A stretch of 38,591 bases of DNA from a virus (IMGVR_UViG_2541047697_000006); one strand, 5' to 3'. Shown: positions 21,893 through 32,601, counted from the first letter of the stretch. Numbers and translations are program-made. The notes: generated by a model not told the origin, from the letters alone.

Positions 21893-21918
21893 GTAAAAAA
21901 CATGCGTTGCGGTACGCA
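21893..21918 (-). terminator. Hairpin plus T-run downstream of Rz
   Basis: ATGCGT/ACGCAT stem; - strand reads hairpin then GTTTTTTAC. Confidence 0.4.
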
Positions 21919-21980
21919 TTTATTGCAAAAAGCCCCGCATCGCGAGGCTCATTAAATTGACTTTGTGATTTGCAAAAAAA

Positions 21981-22418
21981 TTATTTCAGGCATTGCGTCC
22001 TGATGTATTCTTGCAGGTAGTTAACCTGCGCGGTTATCTTGTCGATTCCACTTCGGAGACGGTAATAATTGAGTTCAGCATCTGCTGTAAGTCTTGGGCT
22101 TTCTCCATCGCCCATGCCGCTGGCTCCGGTCTTTGACTTTGCACAGGAGGCGGCGACTTGCAGCCGCTTACGCCCAGCAGAAACATCATCACGGAGACTT
22201 TCGATAGTCGCGTTAGCATCAGCAAGCTCCTTTGTATATCTGGCATCGAGTTCTGCTACATCACGTTGACGCTTCTGCATATCAGCGATGATGGATGTGG
22301 CTTTATCGCGCTGGTCTTTGTAGGCGATGGCGTTATCACGGTAATGATTAACAGCCCATGACAGGCAGACGATGATGCAGATAACCAGAGCGGAGATAAT
22401 CGCGGTGACTCTGCTCAT
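21981..22418 (-). CDS. Rz: Spanin inner-membrane subunit (Rz-type i-spanin)
   Basis: N-terminal TM ([16 protein letters not shown]) then coiled-coil-like region; directly downstream of R with ATGA overlap. Confidence 0.8.
   Translation of the reverse strand: MSRVTAIISALVICIIVCLSWAVNHYRDNAIAYKDQRDKATSIIADMQKRQRDVAELDARYTKELADANATIESLRDDVSAGRKRLQVAASCAKSKTGASGMGDGESPRLTADAELNYYRLRSGIDKITAQVNYLQEYIRTQCLK
22034..22189 (-). CDS. Rz1: Spanin outer-membrane lipoprotein subunit (Rz1-type), embedded in the +1 frame of Rz
   Basis: Embedded ORF with lipoprotein signal and lipobox ([10 protein letters not shown]), Pro-rich mature region. Confidence 0.65.
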   Translation of the reverse strand: MMFLLGVSGCKSPPPVQSQRPEPAAWAMEKAQDLQQMLNSIITVSEVESTR

Positions 22419-22891
22419 ACCTCAATCTCTCTGACCGTTCCGCCCGCTTCTTTGAATTTTGCAATCAGGCTGTCAGCCTTATGCTCGAACTGACCATAAC
22501 CAGCGCCCGGCAGTGAAGCCCAGATATTGCTGCAACGGTCGATTGCCTGACGGATATCACCGCGATCAATCATCGGTAAAGCGCCACGCTCCTTAATCTG
22601 CTGCAATGCCACAGCGTCCTGGCTTTTCGGAGAGAAGTCTTTCAGGCCAAGCTGCTTACGGTAGGCATCCCACCAACGGGAAAGAAGCTGGTAACGTCCG
22701 GCGGCTGTTGATTTGAGTTTGGGGTTTAGCGTGACAAGTTTGCGAGGGTGATCGGAGTAATCAGTGAATAGCTCTCCGCCAACAATGACGTCATAACCAT
22801 GATTTCTGGTTTTCTGTCGTCCGTTATCAGTTCCCTCTGACCACGCCAGCATATCGAGGAACGCCTTACGTTGATTATTGATTTCCACCAT
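22415..22891 (-). CDS. R: Endolysin (lambda R-type lytic transglycosylase)
   Basis: [53 protein letters not shown]... essentially lambda R as recalled. Confidence 0.95.
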   Translation of the reverse strand: MVEINNQRKAFLDMLAWSEGTDNGRQKTRNHGYDVIVGGELFTDYSDHPRKLVTLNPKLKSTAAGRYQLLSRWWDAYRKQLGLKDFSPKSQDAVALQQIKERGALPMIDRGDIRQAIDRCSNIWASLPGAGYGQFEHKADSLIAKFKEAGGTVREIEV

Positions 22892-23198
22892 CTTCTACTC
22901 CGGCTTTTTTAGCAGCGAAGCGTTTGATAAGCGAACCAATCGAGTCAGTACCGATGTAGCCGATGAACACGCTCGTTATATAAGCGAGATTGCTACTTAG
23001 TCCGGCGAAGTCGAGAAGGTCACGAATGAACCAGGCGATAATGGCGCACATCGTTGCGTCGATTACTGTTTTTGTAAACGCACCGCCATTATATCTGCCG
23101 CGAAGGTACGCCATTGCAAACGCAAGGATTGCCCCGATGCCTTGTTCCTTTGCCGCGAGAATGGCGGCTAACAGGTCATGTTTTTCTGGCATCTTCAT
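22875..23198 (-). CDS. S: Holin/antiholin (lambda S-type)
   Basis: [62 protein letters not shown]... essentially lambda S107 as recalled, with the dual-start MKM motif. Confidence 0.95.
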   Translation of the reverse strand: MKMPEKHDLLAAILAAKEQGIGAILAFAMAYLRGRYNGGAFTKTVIDATMCAIIAWFIRDLLDFAGLSSNLAYITSVFIGYIGTDSIGSLIKRFAAKKAGVEDGGNQ

Positions 23199-23440
23199 GT
23201 CTTACCCCCAATAAGGGGATTTGCTCTATTTAATTAGGAATAAGGTCGATTACTGATAGAACAAATCCAGGCTACTGTGTTTAGTAATCAGATTTGTTCG
23301 TGACCGATATGCACGGGCAAAACGGCATGAGGTTGTTAGCGCAGCCTCTTGCCACCCGCTTTCACGAAGGTCATGTGTAGAAGGCCGCAGCGTAACTATC
23401 ACTGATGAATTCAGGATAACCAGTGGCTACGGCTCAGTTA

Positions 23441-23516
23441 TGGTGCTGATTAACGGACTTGAACCGCCACCCATTCGCTTACAAGGCGACTGCTCTACCA
23501 TTGGAGCTAAACCAGC
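23441..23516 (-). tRNA. tRNA-Thr (anticodon UGU), phage-encoded
   Basis: Hand-folded cloverleaf: acceptor GCUGGUU/AAUCAGC, D-arm GCUC-CAAUGGUA-GAGC, anticodon loop CUUGUAA, T-loop UUCAAGU, 3' ACCA. Resembles E. coli tRNA-Thr. Confidence 0.6.
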
Positions 23517-23521
23517 ATGTT

Positions 23522-23596
23522 TGGCGGGACAGCGTGGACTCGAACCACGATAAGAAGGTTAACAGCCTTCCGTAATGACCTTTATACGACTGACCC
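23522..23596 (-). tRNA. tRNA-Asn (anticodon GUU), phage-encoded; stems slightly imperfect
   Basis: Acceptor GGGUCAG/CUGUCCC (one U-U), anticodon stem GAAGG/CCUUC, loop CUGUUAA, T-arm CGUGG-UUCGAGU-CCACG, 3' GCCA. Confidence 0.55.
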
Positions 23597-23659
23597 AAAT
23601 AAAAAAAGCCACCGTTGCAACTTAAGAGTCACTAACGGCAGCTTACCCTCTAATTATGG

Positions 23660-24178
23660 CTAAATGGCTAATTGCATGTCAAGACTTTTAACAGCAATAT
23701 GCTTAACTTTCTCTACACGTTTACGCATTTTGAAAGCATTTTGCATTGGCTGGTATAAAACAAATAATGACGCTTTCAGGATGTCGTCAATTTCGTTTCT
23801 ACAGGTTGCCAGTGAAGGTTTTCGCCATCCCTCGCCACCACGTCCACACATCTTGCGTGGCTTTGCAGTCGCGTGATAGTAGGATGCAATTGCTCGCTTA
23901 GATGAACCATGAGCGTAGTAGCTGAGGAGGATGCCAAAGGCTTTCTTGTCAATGCACATGACGGAATCGACGACCTGAGAAATCAACATTCCATCATCAT
24001 CATTACACATTGGCCTTGTCATAACTCTTCCCGGCTCTACGCTCTCCATGAACTTCGCTATTACGCTGCTCATGCGCTTTTCCAGACGACCTGAATAAAC
24101 CCATGCTCCCCACAGTTCAAGCCAGCCACTCAGCCACTCGTGCTGCTCTTTGGTGAGGTTTAGTTCTCTTATGCTCAT
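23660..24178 (-). CDS. Q: Late-gene antitermination protein Q (phage 82/21-type)
   Basis: Position upstream of tRNAs and lysis genes; WGAW and C.DDD.M motifs recalled from Q21/Q82-type antiterminators. Confidence 0.6.
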   Translation of the reverse strand: MSIRELNLTKEQHEWLSGWLELWGAWVYSGRLEKRMSSVIAKFMESVEPGRVMTRPMCNDDDGMLISQVVDSVMCIDKKAFGILLSYYAHGSSKRAIASYYHATAKPRKMCGRGGEGWRKPSLATCRNEIDDILKASLFVLYQPMQNAFKMRKRVEKVKHIAVKSLDMQLAI

Positions 24179-24363
24179 CGTCTTCCCCTCTTGCCCTGTT
24201 TGACCATCAGGACGCCGTTAACTATTACGTGACGCTCGCCTTTGCTGTCTCGGTTGTACTTGAGCACTGTTCCTCTTGCGCAGGAAAGCATCCTCGCCAC
24301 TTCGGTCTGATTGCCTCGTGTCTGGATAAGAAGCTCTGGTATCGTTTGAATTGTGGCGTTCAT
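24175..24363 (-). CDS. ninH: NinH-like protein
   Basis: ...TIPE.L....GNQTEVAR.L.C.RGTV.KY..D..G..H.IVN.VLMV matches lambda NinH as recalled. Confidence 0.75.
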   Translation of the reverse strand: MNATIQTIPELLIQTRGNQTEVARMLSCARGTVLKYNRDSKGERHVIVNGVLMVKQGKRGRR

Positions 24364-24722
24364 ACGTTCTCCAGTTCGGTGATTTTTATTCCAAGCCTTC
24401 CTCCTGGTACTTTCACACCACGAATTACACGAATGTCGTCGAATTGCTCGTCGTCTTCCGCAAATCCGGCATGGATAAGGGAGTCGAGTAAACCTTTAAG
24501 AATGTTGTCGAGGTCGCGGCGGCGGGAGTCTGGAACGTCTGCGATGACTTTGATGCGGAGTCGTGATTTGGTGAAAATGTCTAACTTGAGTTGGCGGATT
24601 ATTTGCTGTACATCTTTTCGGTATTTCTGGCCTTTATCGCTGATGTAGTATTGGCTTCCCCGTCTTCGCCAGTAGGTATTCACCGACGGCGGGTATGGAA
24701 GCACAAACTGATATTCGTTCAT
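24360..24722 (-). CDS. rusA: Holliday-junction resolvase RusA
   Basis: 120 aa; ...LPYPPSVN.YW...DRRRRDLDN..K...D....AGF..DD.Q....RV.K....GGRL...ITE matches the RusA family. Confidence 0.85.
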   Translation of the reverse strand: MNEYQFVLPYPPSVNTYWRRRGSQYYISDKGQKYRKDVQQIIRQLKLDIFTKSRLRIKVIADVPDSRRRDLDNILKGLLDSLIHAGFAEDDEQFDDIRVIRGVKVPGGRLGIKITELENV

Positions 24723-25009
24723 GACTTAATCTTCCCCTCCTTCAGCAGTATCGCCTGCGTCCTGATCACGCCTTCGAGGTGGTAAAGTCTGGCGTCTTTG
24801 TTGTCGAGGTTATGGGTGCGTCGGTCGATTTCATCGTGACACGCGCTACAAGCCCATGCGCCGATCAGGTCGTCAGGCTTCATTCCCGTTCCGCAAATTC
24901 CAGCCATCCGGTAATGTGCCAGAACTGTAGTTTCAGGATTGCCATTGCATACGCCGTAAATACGTACCTGGCATTCTCTGCCGCGTGCTTCTTTGCGTAG
25001 GTTAGCCAT
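24719..25009 (-). CDS. YbcO-like (DUF1364) nin-region protein
   Basis: MANLRKEARGRECQVRIYGVCNGNPETTVLAHYR...CSACHDEIDRRTH matches DLP12 YbcO as recalled. Confidence 0.7.
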   Translation of the reverse strand: MANLRKEARGRECQVRIYGVCNGNPETTVLAHYRMAGICGTGMKPDDLIGAWACSACHDEIDRRTHNLDNKDARLYHLEGVIRTQAILLKEGKIKS

Positions 25010-25278
25010 TATGGTTCACTCCAGTAATTCTCAATTGCAGCAGCCATTCTCTGCATCCACTCAGCCAGCTTTAACGCGGCTTCTCTTTCAGAACCACATT
25101 TAGGGAAATCCTTCATTTCCATGCTGGCCTTATATGTTCTGAATGCCAGGTCTCCGGTAATAATCAGATTCTGATCAAGCACCGAGCGTTTATTCCGGTG
25201 TTGAACGTAATAGACAGATTCAGTCCGCATTTCTTCTCTGTCTTTTTTGAAGGAAATAAGCTCAGAGAAATCACTCAT
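25009..25278 (-). CDS. Hypothetical nin-region protein
   Basis: 89-aa ORF in operon context; no family recognised. Confidence 0.4.
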   Translation of the reverse strand: MSDFSELISFKKDREEMRTESVYYVQHRNKRSVLDQNLIITGDLAFRTYKASMEMKDFPKCGSEREAALKLAEWMQRMAAAIENYWSEP

Positions 25279-25483
25279 CGTCTTCTTCCTCGTACATTGA
25301 GCTATTCGGATCGCTCATCAGTTCTGCGCAGCAGTGCTCACACACGTGAACTTCCAGCACATGCAGCTTCTGACCGCAGTTAGCGCACGTTAAAGCCCGC
25401 TCGACGCTTTCTTGTTCGTAACTTCGATTTGGGTCAATCACCTTGTTTTCCTCGCACGATGTCTTAGCCACCGGATATCCCAC
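25271..25483 (-). CDS. NinF-like zinc-ribbon protein
   Basis: ...[37 protein letters not shown]... matches lambda NinF as recalled. Confidence 0.55.
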   Translation of the reverse strand: MGYPVAKTSCEENKVIDPNRSYEQESVERALTCANCGQKLHVLEVHVCEHCCAELMSDPNSSMYEEEDDE

Positions 25484-25620
25484 AGGTGAGCCGTGTAATT
25501 GAAGGTTTTTACGTCAGATTCTTTTTGGATTGGCTTGCGTTTATTTCTGGAGCGTTTCGTTGGAAGGTATTTGCAGTTTTCGCAGATTATGTCGGTGATA
25601 CTTCGTCGCTGTCTCGCCAC
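25438..25620 (-). CDS. ninE: NinE-like protein
   Basis: [60 protein letters not shown] matches lambda NinE as recalled. Confidence 0.65.
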   Translation of the reverse strand: MARQRRSITDIICENCKYLPTKRSRNKRKPIQKESDVKTFNYTAHLWDIRWLRHRARKTR

Positions 25621-25756
25621 ACGTCCTCCTTTTCCTGCGGTAGTGGTAACACCCCTGTTGGTGTTCTTTCACACCGGAGACACCATCGATTCCAGTAAGG
25701 TTGATTTGGTCGGAAGCGGTTATCTTCTTTGCATTCACCGCACCGATAACATCGCA

Positions 25757-26629
25757 TCATGCAGCTTCCCTCCCGAAGTCGAAATAAAGCTGCCCTCCAA
25801 ATATTTCGCATGACTCAGAACAAGAGCCGGTATCGAATCTTTTAGCTCGTACCATGTCCTGATACAGGGCTTGATAATCATTTTCTGAATACATTTTCGC
25901 GATACCATCCAGCGACATTCTTCCTCGGTACATAATCTCCTTTGGTGTTTCCCGATGTCCGTCACGCACATGCGATCCCGTGATGACCTCATTAAAAACA
26001 CGCTGCAATCCCTCCTCATCTTTGCAGGCAAGTCCGATTTTTTGCGTTGATTTTTTAATGCAGAATATGCAGTTACCGAGATGTTCCGGTATTTGCAAAT
26101 CGAATGGTTGTTGCTTCCACCATGCGAGGATATCTTCCTTCTCAAAGTCTGACAGCTCAGCAAGATATCTGATTCCAGGCTTTGGCTTTAGCCGCTTCGG
26201 TTCATCAGCTCTGATGCCAATCCACGTGGTGTAATTCCCTCGCCCGAAATGGTCATCACAGTATTTGGTGAAGGGAACGAGTTTTAATCTGTCAGTGCAG
26301 AACGCGCCGCCGACGTATGGAGTGCCATATTTCTTTACCATATCGATAAATGGCTTCAGAACAGGCATTCGCGTCTGAATATCCTTTGGCTCCCATACCG
26401 TATAACCATTTGGCTGCCCAGGCTCTGGGTTGATATCAACCTGCAATACAGTGAGCGGTATATCCCAGAACTTCACAACTTCGCGGATAAACCGATATGT
26501 CATCGGGTGTTCACAACCTGTATCCATGAAAACGTAATGCACGTCTTCACCTGCCTGTCGCTTTTGCTCCATTAGCCAGAGCAAATATGCTGACGTCCTG
26601 CCACCGGAGAAACTAACGACATTTATCAT
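25757..26629 (-). CDS. PAPS-reductase-family PP-loop ATP pyrophosphatase-like protein
   Basis: Start at internal ATG 26629 ([20 protein letters not shown]...): SGG.TS PP-loop motif; ATG overlaps the ninB stop. Confidence 0.65.
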   Translation of the reverse strand: MINVVSFSGGRTSAYLLWLMEQKRQAGEDVHYVFMDTGCEHPMTYRFIREVVKFWDIPLTVLQVDINPEPGQPNGYTVWEPKDIQTRMPVLKPFIDMVKKYGTPYVGGAFCTDRLKLVPFTKYCDDHFGRGNYTTWIGIRADEPKRLKPKPGIRYLAELSDFEKEDILAWWKQQPFDLQIPEHLGNCIFCIKKSTQKIGLACKDEEGLQRVFNEVITGSHVRDGHRETPKEIMYRGRMSLDGIAKMYSENDYQALYQDMVRAKRFDTGSCSESCEIFGGQLYFDFGREAA

Positions 26630-27066
26630 GCAGCCTTGTCTCCCCATCTTGCTTTCCACTCCAGAGCCAGTCGCGCTTCGTCTGACCACTTAACGCCACG
26701 TTCTGTACCGAATGCCTGTATAAGCTCTAATAGCTCCGCAAATTCGCCTACCCGCATCCTACTGGTTGACTGGCCTATTACCACAAAGCCAGTCCCGGCA
26801 AGGTTAGGAACAACGTCCTGCTGCTTTAAGGCTGCGGTAAACACACACTTCCAGCTTTCTGCATCCAGCCAGCGACCATGCCATTCAACCTGACGAGAGA
26901 CGTCACCAAGGCAAGCCCAAAGCTTTCGATTCTGGTCTAAGCTGCGGTTGCGTTCCTGAATGGTTACTACGATTGGTTTGGTTGGGTCTGGAAGGATTTG
27001 CTGTACTGCGTGAATAGCGTTTTGCTGATGTGCTGGAGATCGAATTTCAAAGGTTAGCTTTTTCAT
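26626..27066 (-). CDS. ninB: NinB (Orf-family recombination mediator)
   Basis: MKKLTFEIRSPAHQQNAIHAVQQILPDPTKPIVVTIQERNRSLDQNRKLWACLGDV... essentially lambda NinB as recalled. Confidence 0.9.
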   Translation of the reverse strand: MKKLTFEIRSPAHQQNAIHAVQQILPDPTKPIVVTIQERNRSLDQNRKLWACLGDVSRQVEWHGRWLDAESWKCVFTAALKQQDVVPNLAGTGFVVIGQSTSRMRVGEFAELLELIQAFGTERGVKWSDEARLALEWKARWGDKAA

Positions 27067-27083
27067 GACTTCCCTCTCCCCCA

Positions 27084-27113
27084 AATAAAAAGGCCTGCGA
27101 TTACCAGCAGGCC
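27084..27113 (-). terminator. tR2-like rho-independent terminator between helicase and ninB
   Basis: GGCCTGC-gattacca-GCAGGCC stem followed on the - strand by TTTTTATTTG. Confidence 0.55.
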
Positions 27114-27139
27114 TGTTATTAGCTCAGTGATGTAGATGG

Positions 27140-28516
27140 TCATACGTCAGCCCCTTGTGCATATCGTCTGCCACGCGCAGCAGGTGCATTTGATGCTGTA
27201 CAAATCTGTCTGGCTTCATCCTGGTCACATGCAACAAAGTGTCCGTTACAGAACCGCTGGTAAACCGTACCAAGTGAGCCAAAACGGTTTTTCGTCACGA
27301 TGATTTCAGCAAATGGCGCGGCGCTACTGTTCTCGTCATATACCGCTTCCCGATAGAGCATGATGATTGAGTCTGCGTCCTGCTCAATGCTTCCTGAATC
27401 ACGCAAATCTGCGTTTGTCGGGCGTTTGTTTGGTCGCTTCTCAACATCGCGTGAAAGCTGACTTAGGGAGATAACAGGCGTTTTCAGGTCTTTCGCCATC
27501 GCCTTAAGGCTTCCGGAGATGTGAGCAATTGCGAGGTCGTTGCGGTCTGCTTTCGGCTTCTCAATCAGGCCAAGATAATCCGCCATGATGAGTGACAGGT
27601 TTGGATTTTCCTGTTTGTGCCGTTCTGCGATTGAGCGAATTTCTTCGACAGATAACCGCGAGGCATCGACTACCCATACATCCAAATCTGCAAGCTGACT
27701 CATGCCGTTAGCAACGCGCGCCCAGCCTTCGTCATCCATCGATGCAGGATTTCGCAGCACGCTAACCGACATCCTCCCGGCGTTGGCAATGCTTCGCTCT
27801 GCAATCTGCAATGCGCTCATTTCCATCGAGAAAATCAATACTCCGCGCCGGACGTCAGAACCAGGAATAACGCGGCTTGCAACGCCTTCGGCAATCTTCA
27901 GCGCCAGTTCGGTTTTCCCCATACCAGGACGAGCGGCGATAATCACCAGGTCTTCCGCGTTCATCCCTCCGGTGATGGCGTCAAGTTCTTCGATTCCGGT
28001 CTTCAGGGTATCTGACTCTTCTCCGTTCCTCAGACGCCTGTCAAGCGTGTCAGTGTAGTCAGTGATGATTTCCCCTAACCGTACAGGTTTAACCTCGTCA
28101 CGGGGCTTTCTGATGGCTGAGAGCCGTTTTACAAGTTCATCCATCGCCTGACTCGATGCGTCGATGGTTCCGCTTTGGATTGGTTCACGCATTTCATCCA
28201 TGATTTCCAGCACCAGACGGCGGTGATAGTTATCCGCGACCATTCCGGCATATCCCTTCAGGTTTGCGGCACTCGGGCAGTTTTTGCTGGTCATCAGGAT
28301 TGACATGAAATGCTCCTCTCCGCATTCCTCAGCAACCATCAGCGCGTCGATTAGGTTTCTGTTTCGCGCCTGCTTGCGGATAACCTCGAAGGCTTTTCTG
28401 TAGAGCGGAATTGAAAACGCTTCCGGCTCCAGCGTTGCCAGAACGTCACTGGCGGTTGGAGTTAATCCACCAATCAGCAGGCCACCGATAACGCTCGCTT
28501 CGATATCCTGTCTCAT
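27140..28516 (-). CDS. Replicative DNA helicase (DnaB family, P22 gp12-like)
   Basis: 458 aa; Walker [13 protein letters not shown] and DnaB-like C-terminal motifs. Confidence 0.85.
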   Translation of the reverse strand: MRQDIEASVIGGLLIGGLTPTASDVLATLEPEAFSIPLYRKAFEVIRKQARNRNLIDALMVAEECGEEHFMSILMTSKNCPSAANLKGYAGMVADNYHRRLVLEIMDEMREPIQSGTIDASSQAMDELVKRLSAIRKPRDEVKPVRLGEIITDYTDTLDRRLRNGEESDTLKTGIEELDAITGGMNAEDLVIIAARPGMGKTELALKIAEGVASRVIPGSDVRRGVLIFSMEMSALQIAERSIANAGRMSVSVLRNPASMDDEGWARVANGMSQLADLDVWVVDASRLSVEEIRSIAERHKQENPNLSLIMADYLGLIEKPKADRNDLAIAHISGSLKAMAKDLKTPVISLSQLSRDVEKRPNKRPTNADLRDSGSIEQDADSIIMLYREAVYDENSSAAPFAEIIVTKNRFGSLGTVYQRFCNGHFVACDQDEARQICTASNAPAARGRRYAQGADV

Positions 28517-29334
28517 GCAATCCCCCTGTCTGCAAACTTCCCTTCCCGAACTCCCGTTAACGAGTCTTCTCTCAGCAGGTAATCAAAATCAGCCGTCCAG
28601 CCCGTGTCGTTGTCTCCGAAGTAAAACGGCTTGGCCTGATGTACAAACGCCCTGACATACACTCTGAAACCGTCCACGTTTGGCGTTTTCAGTTGCGGGA
28701 TGATTTTCTTCAGGCGGCGTTTGCGTTTCTCGTTGACCGCAACAGCATGTGGAAGTCTGTCACCGACTTCGGTGTTGTAGGCGTTCAGGAAGGATTCGTA
28801 GTCGATTCGTTCTGCCTTGCGACGTTCAGATTTAACCTGCCCATCGCCGCCCCCGTTAGGGGGTAAGGGGGTATTTGTATTTATTGTCTTTTGTATATTG
28901 TCTTTTGTGTTTAGCTGACTTGGCTTATACCCATTAGCTGACTTGGCTAATGTTTTATTAGCTGTTTTAGCTAATGTTAAGCTGTCCTGGCTAATCCACT
29001 GCGAAACCACCTTGTTCACTCCGATTTTCACGCCATCAGCAATGAGGAATTTACGCTCAATAAGCTGGCGCTTGGCAGCGCAAACATGAGTGTGATGAAT
29101 ACCTGTCATGGCTGCTATCTGCGTGTTTGTGAGTCGATCCATCGGCTTATTGAATCCGTATGTCTTGCGCATGATAGCGAGCATCACCTTCAACTGCCGG
29201 ACGGTTAAATCAGCCATCAGCAGACTGTCGGTAATCTCGTTAGCAACGCGCATGAAACCATCTTCGGTATCTGCCACGCGATGCTCCACGACCTCCAGTT
29301 GAGGCCTGTAATCAGCTAACTTAACGACGCCCAT
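28513..29334 (-). CDS. Replication initiator protein (lambda O-like N-domain), contains the origin iterons
   Basis: ...[38 protein letters not shown]... matches the lambda O N-terminal domain as recalled. Confidence 0.8.
   Translation of the reverse strand: MGVVKLADYRPQLEVVEHRVADTEDGFMRVANEITDSLLMADLTVRQLKVMLAIMRKTYGFNKPMDRLTNTQIAAMTGIHHTHVCAAKRQLIERKFLIADGVKIGVNKVVSQWISQDSLTLAKTANKTLAKSANGYKPSQLNTKDNIQKTINTNTPLPPNGGGDGQVKSERRKAERIDYESFLNAYNTEVGDRLPHAVAVNEKRKRRLKKIIPQLKTPNVDGFRVYVRAFVHQAKPFYFGDNDTGWTADFDYLLREDSLTGVREGKFADRGIA
28883..28995. repeat. Replication-origin iterons inside the initiator gene
   Basis: ATTGTCTTTTGT x2 (28883..28909), then TTAGCTGACTTGGCT x2 and two degenerate TTAGCTG...GGCTAAT copies (28911..28995). 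Confidence 0.6.
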
Positions 29335-29482
29335 GTTTCACTCCTGCTTTGGCTAGTCTGTAAACACCAACAAGGCGCTCTGCGAACGCCCTGTTATTTG
29401 CTGCGGCTACCACTAATCCCTCAGGTGAATCAGGGTGTCGAATCTCTTCTTTTTCCTGGTATTTCTTACGACGTTTTGTCAT
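29321..29482 (-). CDS. Small basic ORF upstream of and overlapping the initiator start
   Basis: 53 codons, stop overlaps the initiator ATG; no homolog recognised. Confidence 0.3.
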   Translation of the reverse strand: MTKRRKKYQEKEEIRHPDSPEGLVVAAANNRAFAERLVGVYRLAKAGVKHGRR

Positions 29483-29516
29483 AATTACTCCTGTAGATTG
29501 ATCCAGTCTTTCTACA

Positions 29517-29798
29517 TCAGGCCTCGAAGAATTCGCCGTTCTTCGGGGCTTTTTCTTTTGTCAGGTAATCGGCAAGCCGCTTAGTCAGTTCAGCCATTTC
29601 ATCGTCTTCGATTCCGTATTCCAGAACAGCCAGCATCATGCTTACCTGCGAGAAGAAACCATTCTTCCATCGGCTTACCTGGTATTCCGGAACCCCCATC
29701 GCGCGAGCGAATGTCTTCTGCCCCATCAGTGCCAGTTTGTTCAGCAAGGCTGACTCGATGCGAGCCGCTTTCTTGCTTTTAGTTGCAATAGTACCCAT
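29517..29798 (-). CDS. cII: Transcriptional activator CII
   Basis: ...ARIESALLNKLALMGQKTFA.A.GV...QVSRWK....FSMLLAVLE.G..DD.MA.L matches lambda CII as recalled. Confidence 0.85.
   Translation of the reverse strand: MGTIATKSKKAARIESALLNKLALMGQKTFARAMGVPEYQVSRWKNGFFSQVSMMLAVLEYGIEDDEMAELTKRLADYLTKEKAPKNGEFFEA
29522..29559 (+). terminator. Antisense terminator overlapping the cII 3' end (OOP-RNA-like arrangement)
   Basis: CCTCGAAGAA-ttcgccg-TTCTTCGGGG stem followed by CTTTTTCTTTT on the + strand, antisense to cII. Confidence 0.5.
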
Positions 29799-29874
29799 AC
29801 ATAATTTCCTTAATGATTAGATAGAGTTGGCTTCGCAAAGAAACGCAAAACCATAGAGATTTTTTTCTGGTAAT

Positions 29875-29906
29875 GCCCTTTTTCAGGGCGGGGATGTATA
29901 AGAGCG
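29875..29906 (-). promoter_or_regulatory. nutR (boxA CGCTCTTATAC, boxB GCCCTGAAAAAGGGC)
   Basis: Reverse complement of 29875..29906; boxB is a perfect hairpin; located between cro and cII. Confidence 0.8.
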
Positions 29907-29914
29907 GGAATGTC

Positions 29915-31267
<1,353 letters not shown>

Positions 31268-31348
31268 TCCCCACCTCAATCTCAGTAACCAAAAAACAAA
31301 CTATTTTCCGTTTAAAAACAATGGAGTTTGTTTTTTGTACCTCCATTT

Positions 31349-31385
31349 ACAGTATTTCTTGTTTACAACATACAATCTTTCTTGT
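31349..31385. promoter_or_regulatory. Left operator sites (434-type) with PL
   Basis: ACAGTATTTCTTGT (31349..31362) and ACAATCTTTCTTGT (31372..31385) fit ACAA-N6-TTGT. Confidence 0.7.
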
Positions 31386-31430
31386 AATTTTAAGCCATCA
31401 GCAGGACGCACTGACCACCATGAAGGTGAT

Positions 31431-31460
31431 GCTCTTAAAAATTAAGCCCTGAAGAAGGGC
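31431..31460 (+). promoter_or_regulatory. nutL (boxA GCTCTTAA, boxB GCCCTGAAGAAGGGC)
   Basis: Matches lambda nutL as recalled; boxB is a perfect hairpin. Confidence 0.85.
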
Positions 31461-31570
31461 AGCATTCAAAGCAGAAGGCTTTGAGTAGCGCGAAATGCAG
31501 CTGCAAGACAGCAACCGTGGGGATAAGCATCACGGCGCGTTACTCAAAGCTAACTGACAGGAGAATCCAG

Positions 31571-31897
31571 ATGGATGCACAAACACGCCGCCGCGAACGT
31601 CGCGCAGAGAAACAGGCTCAATGGAGAGCAGCAAATCCACTGTTGGTTGGGGTAAGCGCAAAACCAGTTAACCGCCCTATTCTCTCGCTGAATCGCAAAC
31701 CGAAATCACGAGTAGAAAGCGCACTGAATCCAATAGACCTTACAGTGCTGGCTGAATACCACGAACAGATTGAAAGCAACCTGCAACGTATTGAGCGAAA
31801 GAATCAGCGCACATGGTACAGCAAGCCACGCAGTGAAATGGGTGTGACTTGTGTCGGTCACCAGAAAATGAAATTAGGCAGCAAACCACTTATTTGA
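31571..31897 (+). CDS. N: Antitermination protein N (lambda-type)
   Basis: MDAQTRRRERRAEKQAQWRAANPLLVGVSAKPVNRPILSLNRKPKSRVESALNPIDLTVLAEYH... near-identical to lambda N as recalled. Start at internal ATG 31571, not 31481. Confidence 0.92.
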   Translation: MDAQTRRRERRAEKQAQWRAANPLLVGVSAKPVNRPILSLNRKPKSRVESALNPIDLTVLAEYHEQIESNLQRIERKNQRTWYSKPRSEMGVTCVGHQKMKLGSKPLI

Positions 31898-31975
31898 GGT
31901 GATATATGGAAGAAGAATTTGAAGAGTTCGAAGAGCATCCGCAGGATGTGATGGAACAATACCAGGACTATCCGT

Positions 31976-32176
31976 ATGACTACGACTATTGATAAAAATC
32001 AATGGTGTGGACAATTCAAACGATGCAATGGATGCAAGCTGCAATCGGAATGCATGGTTAAGCCTGAAGAAATGTTTCCTGTAATGGAAGATGGGAAATA
32101 TGTCGATAAATGGGCAATACGAACGACGGCAATGATTGCCAGAGAACTTGACAAACAGAAAAACAAGGCTGCCTGA
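31976..32176 (+). CDS. ral: Restriction-alleviation protein Ral
   Basis: MTTTIDKNQWCGQFKRCNGCKLQSECMVKPEEMFPVMEDGKYVDKWAIRTTAMIARE... near-identical to lambda Ral as recalled. Confidence 0.9.
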   Translation: MTTTIDKNQWCGQFKRCNGCKLQSECMVKPEEMFPVMEDGKYVDKWAIRTTAMIARELDKQKNKAA

Positions 32177-32312
32177 TGGTGGCCTTTATTTTTGGCATAA
32201 ACAACAGAATAAACACTGCACTGTGTATTCATTCCAACGAGTGAATACACGGAGCAATGTCGCTCGTAACTAAACAGGAGCCGACTTGTTCTGATTATTG
32301 GAAATCTTCTTT

Positions 32313-32339
32313 GCCCTCCAATGTGAGGGCGTTTTTTTT
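32313..32339 (+). terminator. Rho-independent terminator in the PL operon (tL-like)
   Basis: GCCCTC-caatgt-GAGGGC followed by GTTTTTTTT. Confidence 0.7.
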
Positions 32340-32352
32340 GACGGAGTAAACG

Positions 32353-32601
32353 ATGATAAAAACTGATTACCCTGCAGAGCTTAAACAAAAAGTAATAACA
32401 GCAATTAAATGCTCTTTTATCTCATGTCGTACAGATGAAGAACGATATGTCGTTGAGTGTGCAATTGTCGAGTTTCTCACAGCGATGGAATTTACCGCTG
32501 CAGAATCAATAGATGTATTAAAGCAATCAGACGGAAATGATATTGAAACGGATGATGTTATTGACCGACTAATAAAATCATTCGAAGAAGAAATAGAGTA
32601 G
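32353..32601 (+). CDS. Hypothetical acidic early protein
   Basis: 82-aa ORF after the terminator; no family recognised. Confidence 0.4.
   Translation: MIKTDYPAELKQKVITAIKCSFISCRTDEERYVVECAIVEFLTAMEFTAAESIDVLKQSDGNDIETDDVIDRLIKSFEEEIE

Noticed and set aside
23230-23440. Possible third tRNA between tRNA-Thr and the holin gene
   Set aside because: Could not fold a convincing cloverleaf or find a T-loop consensus on either strand by eye; needs tRNAscan-SE.
31999-32388. 129-aa - strand ORF
   Set aside because: Antisense to ral and the tL terminator region; no RBS; composition consistent with an artefact.
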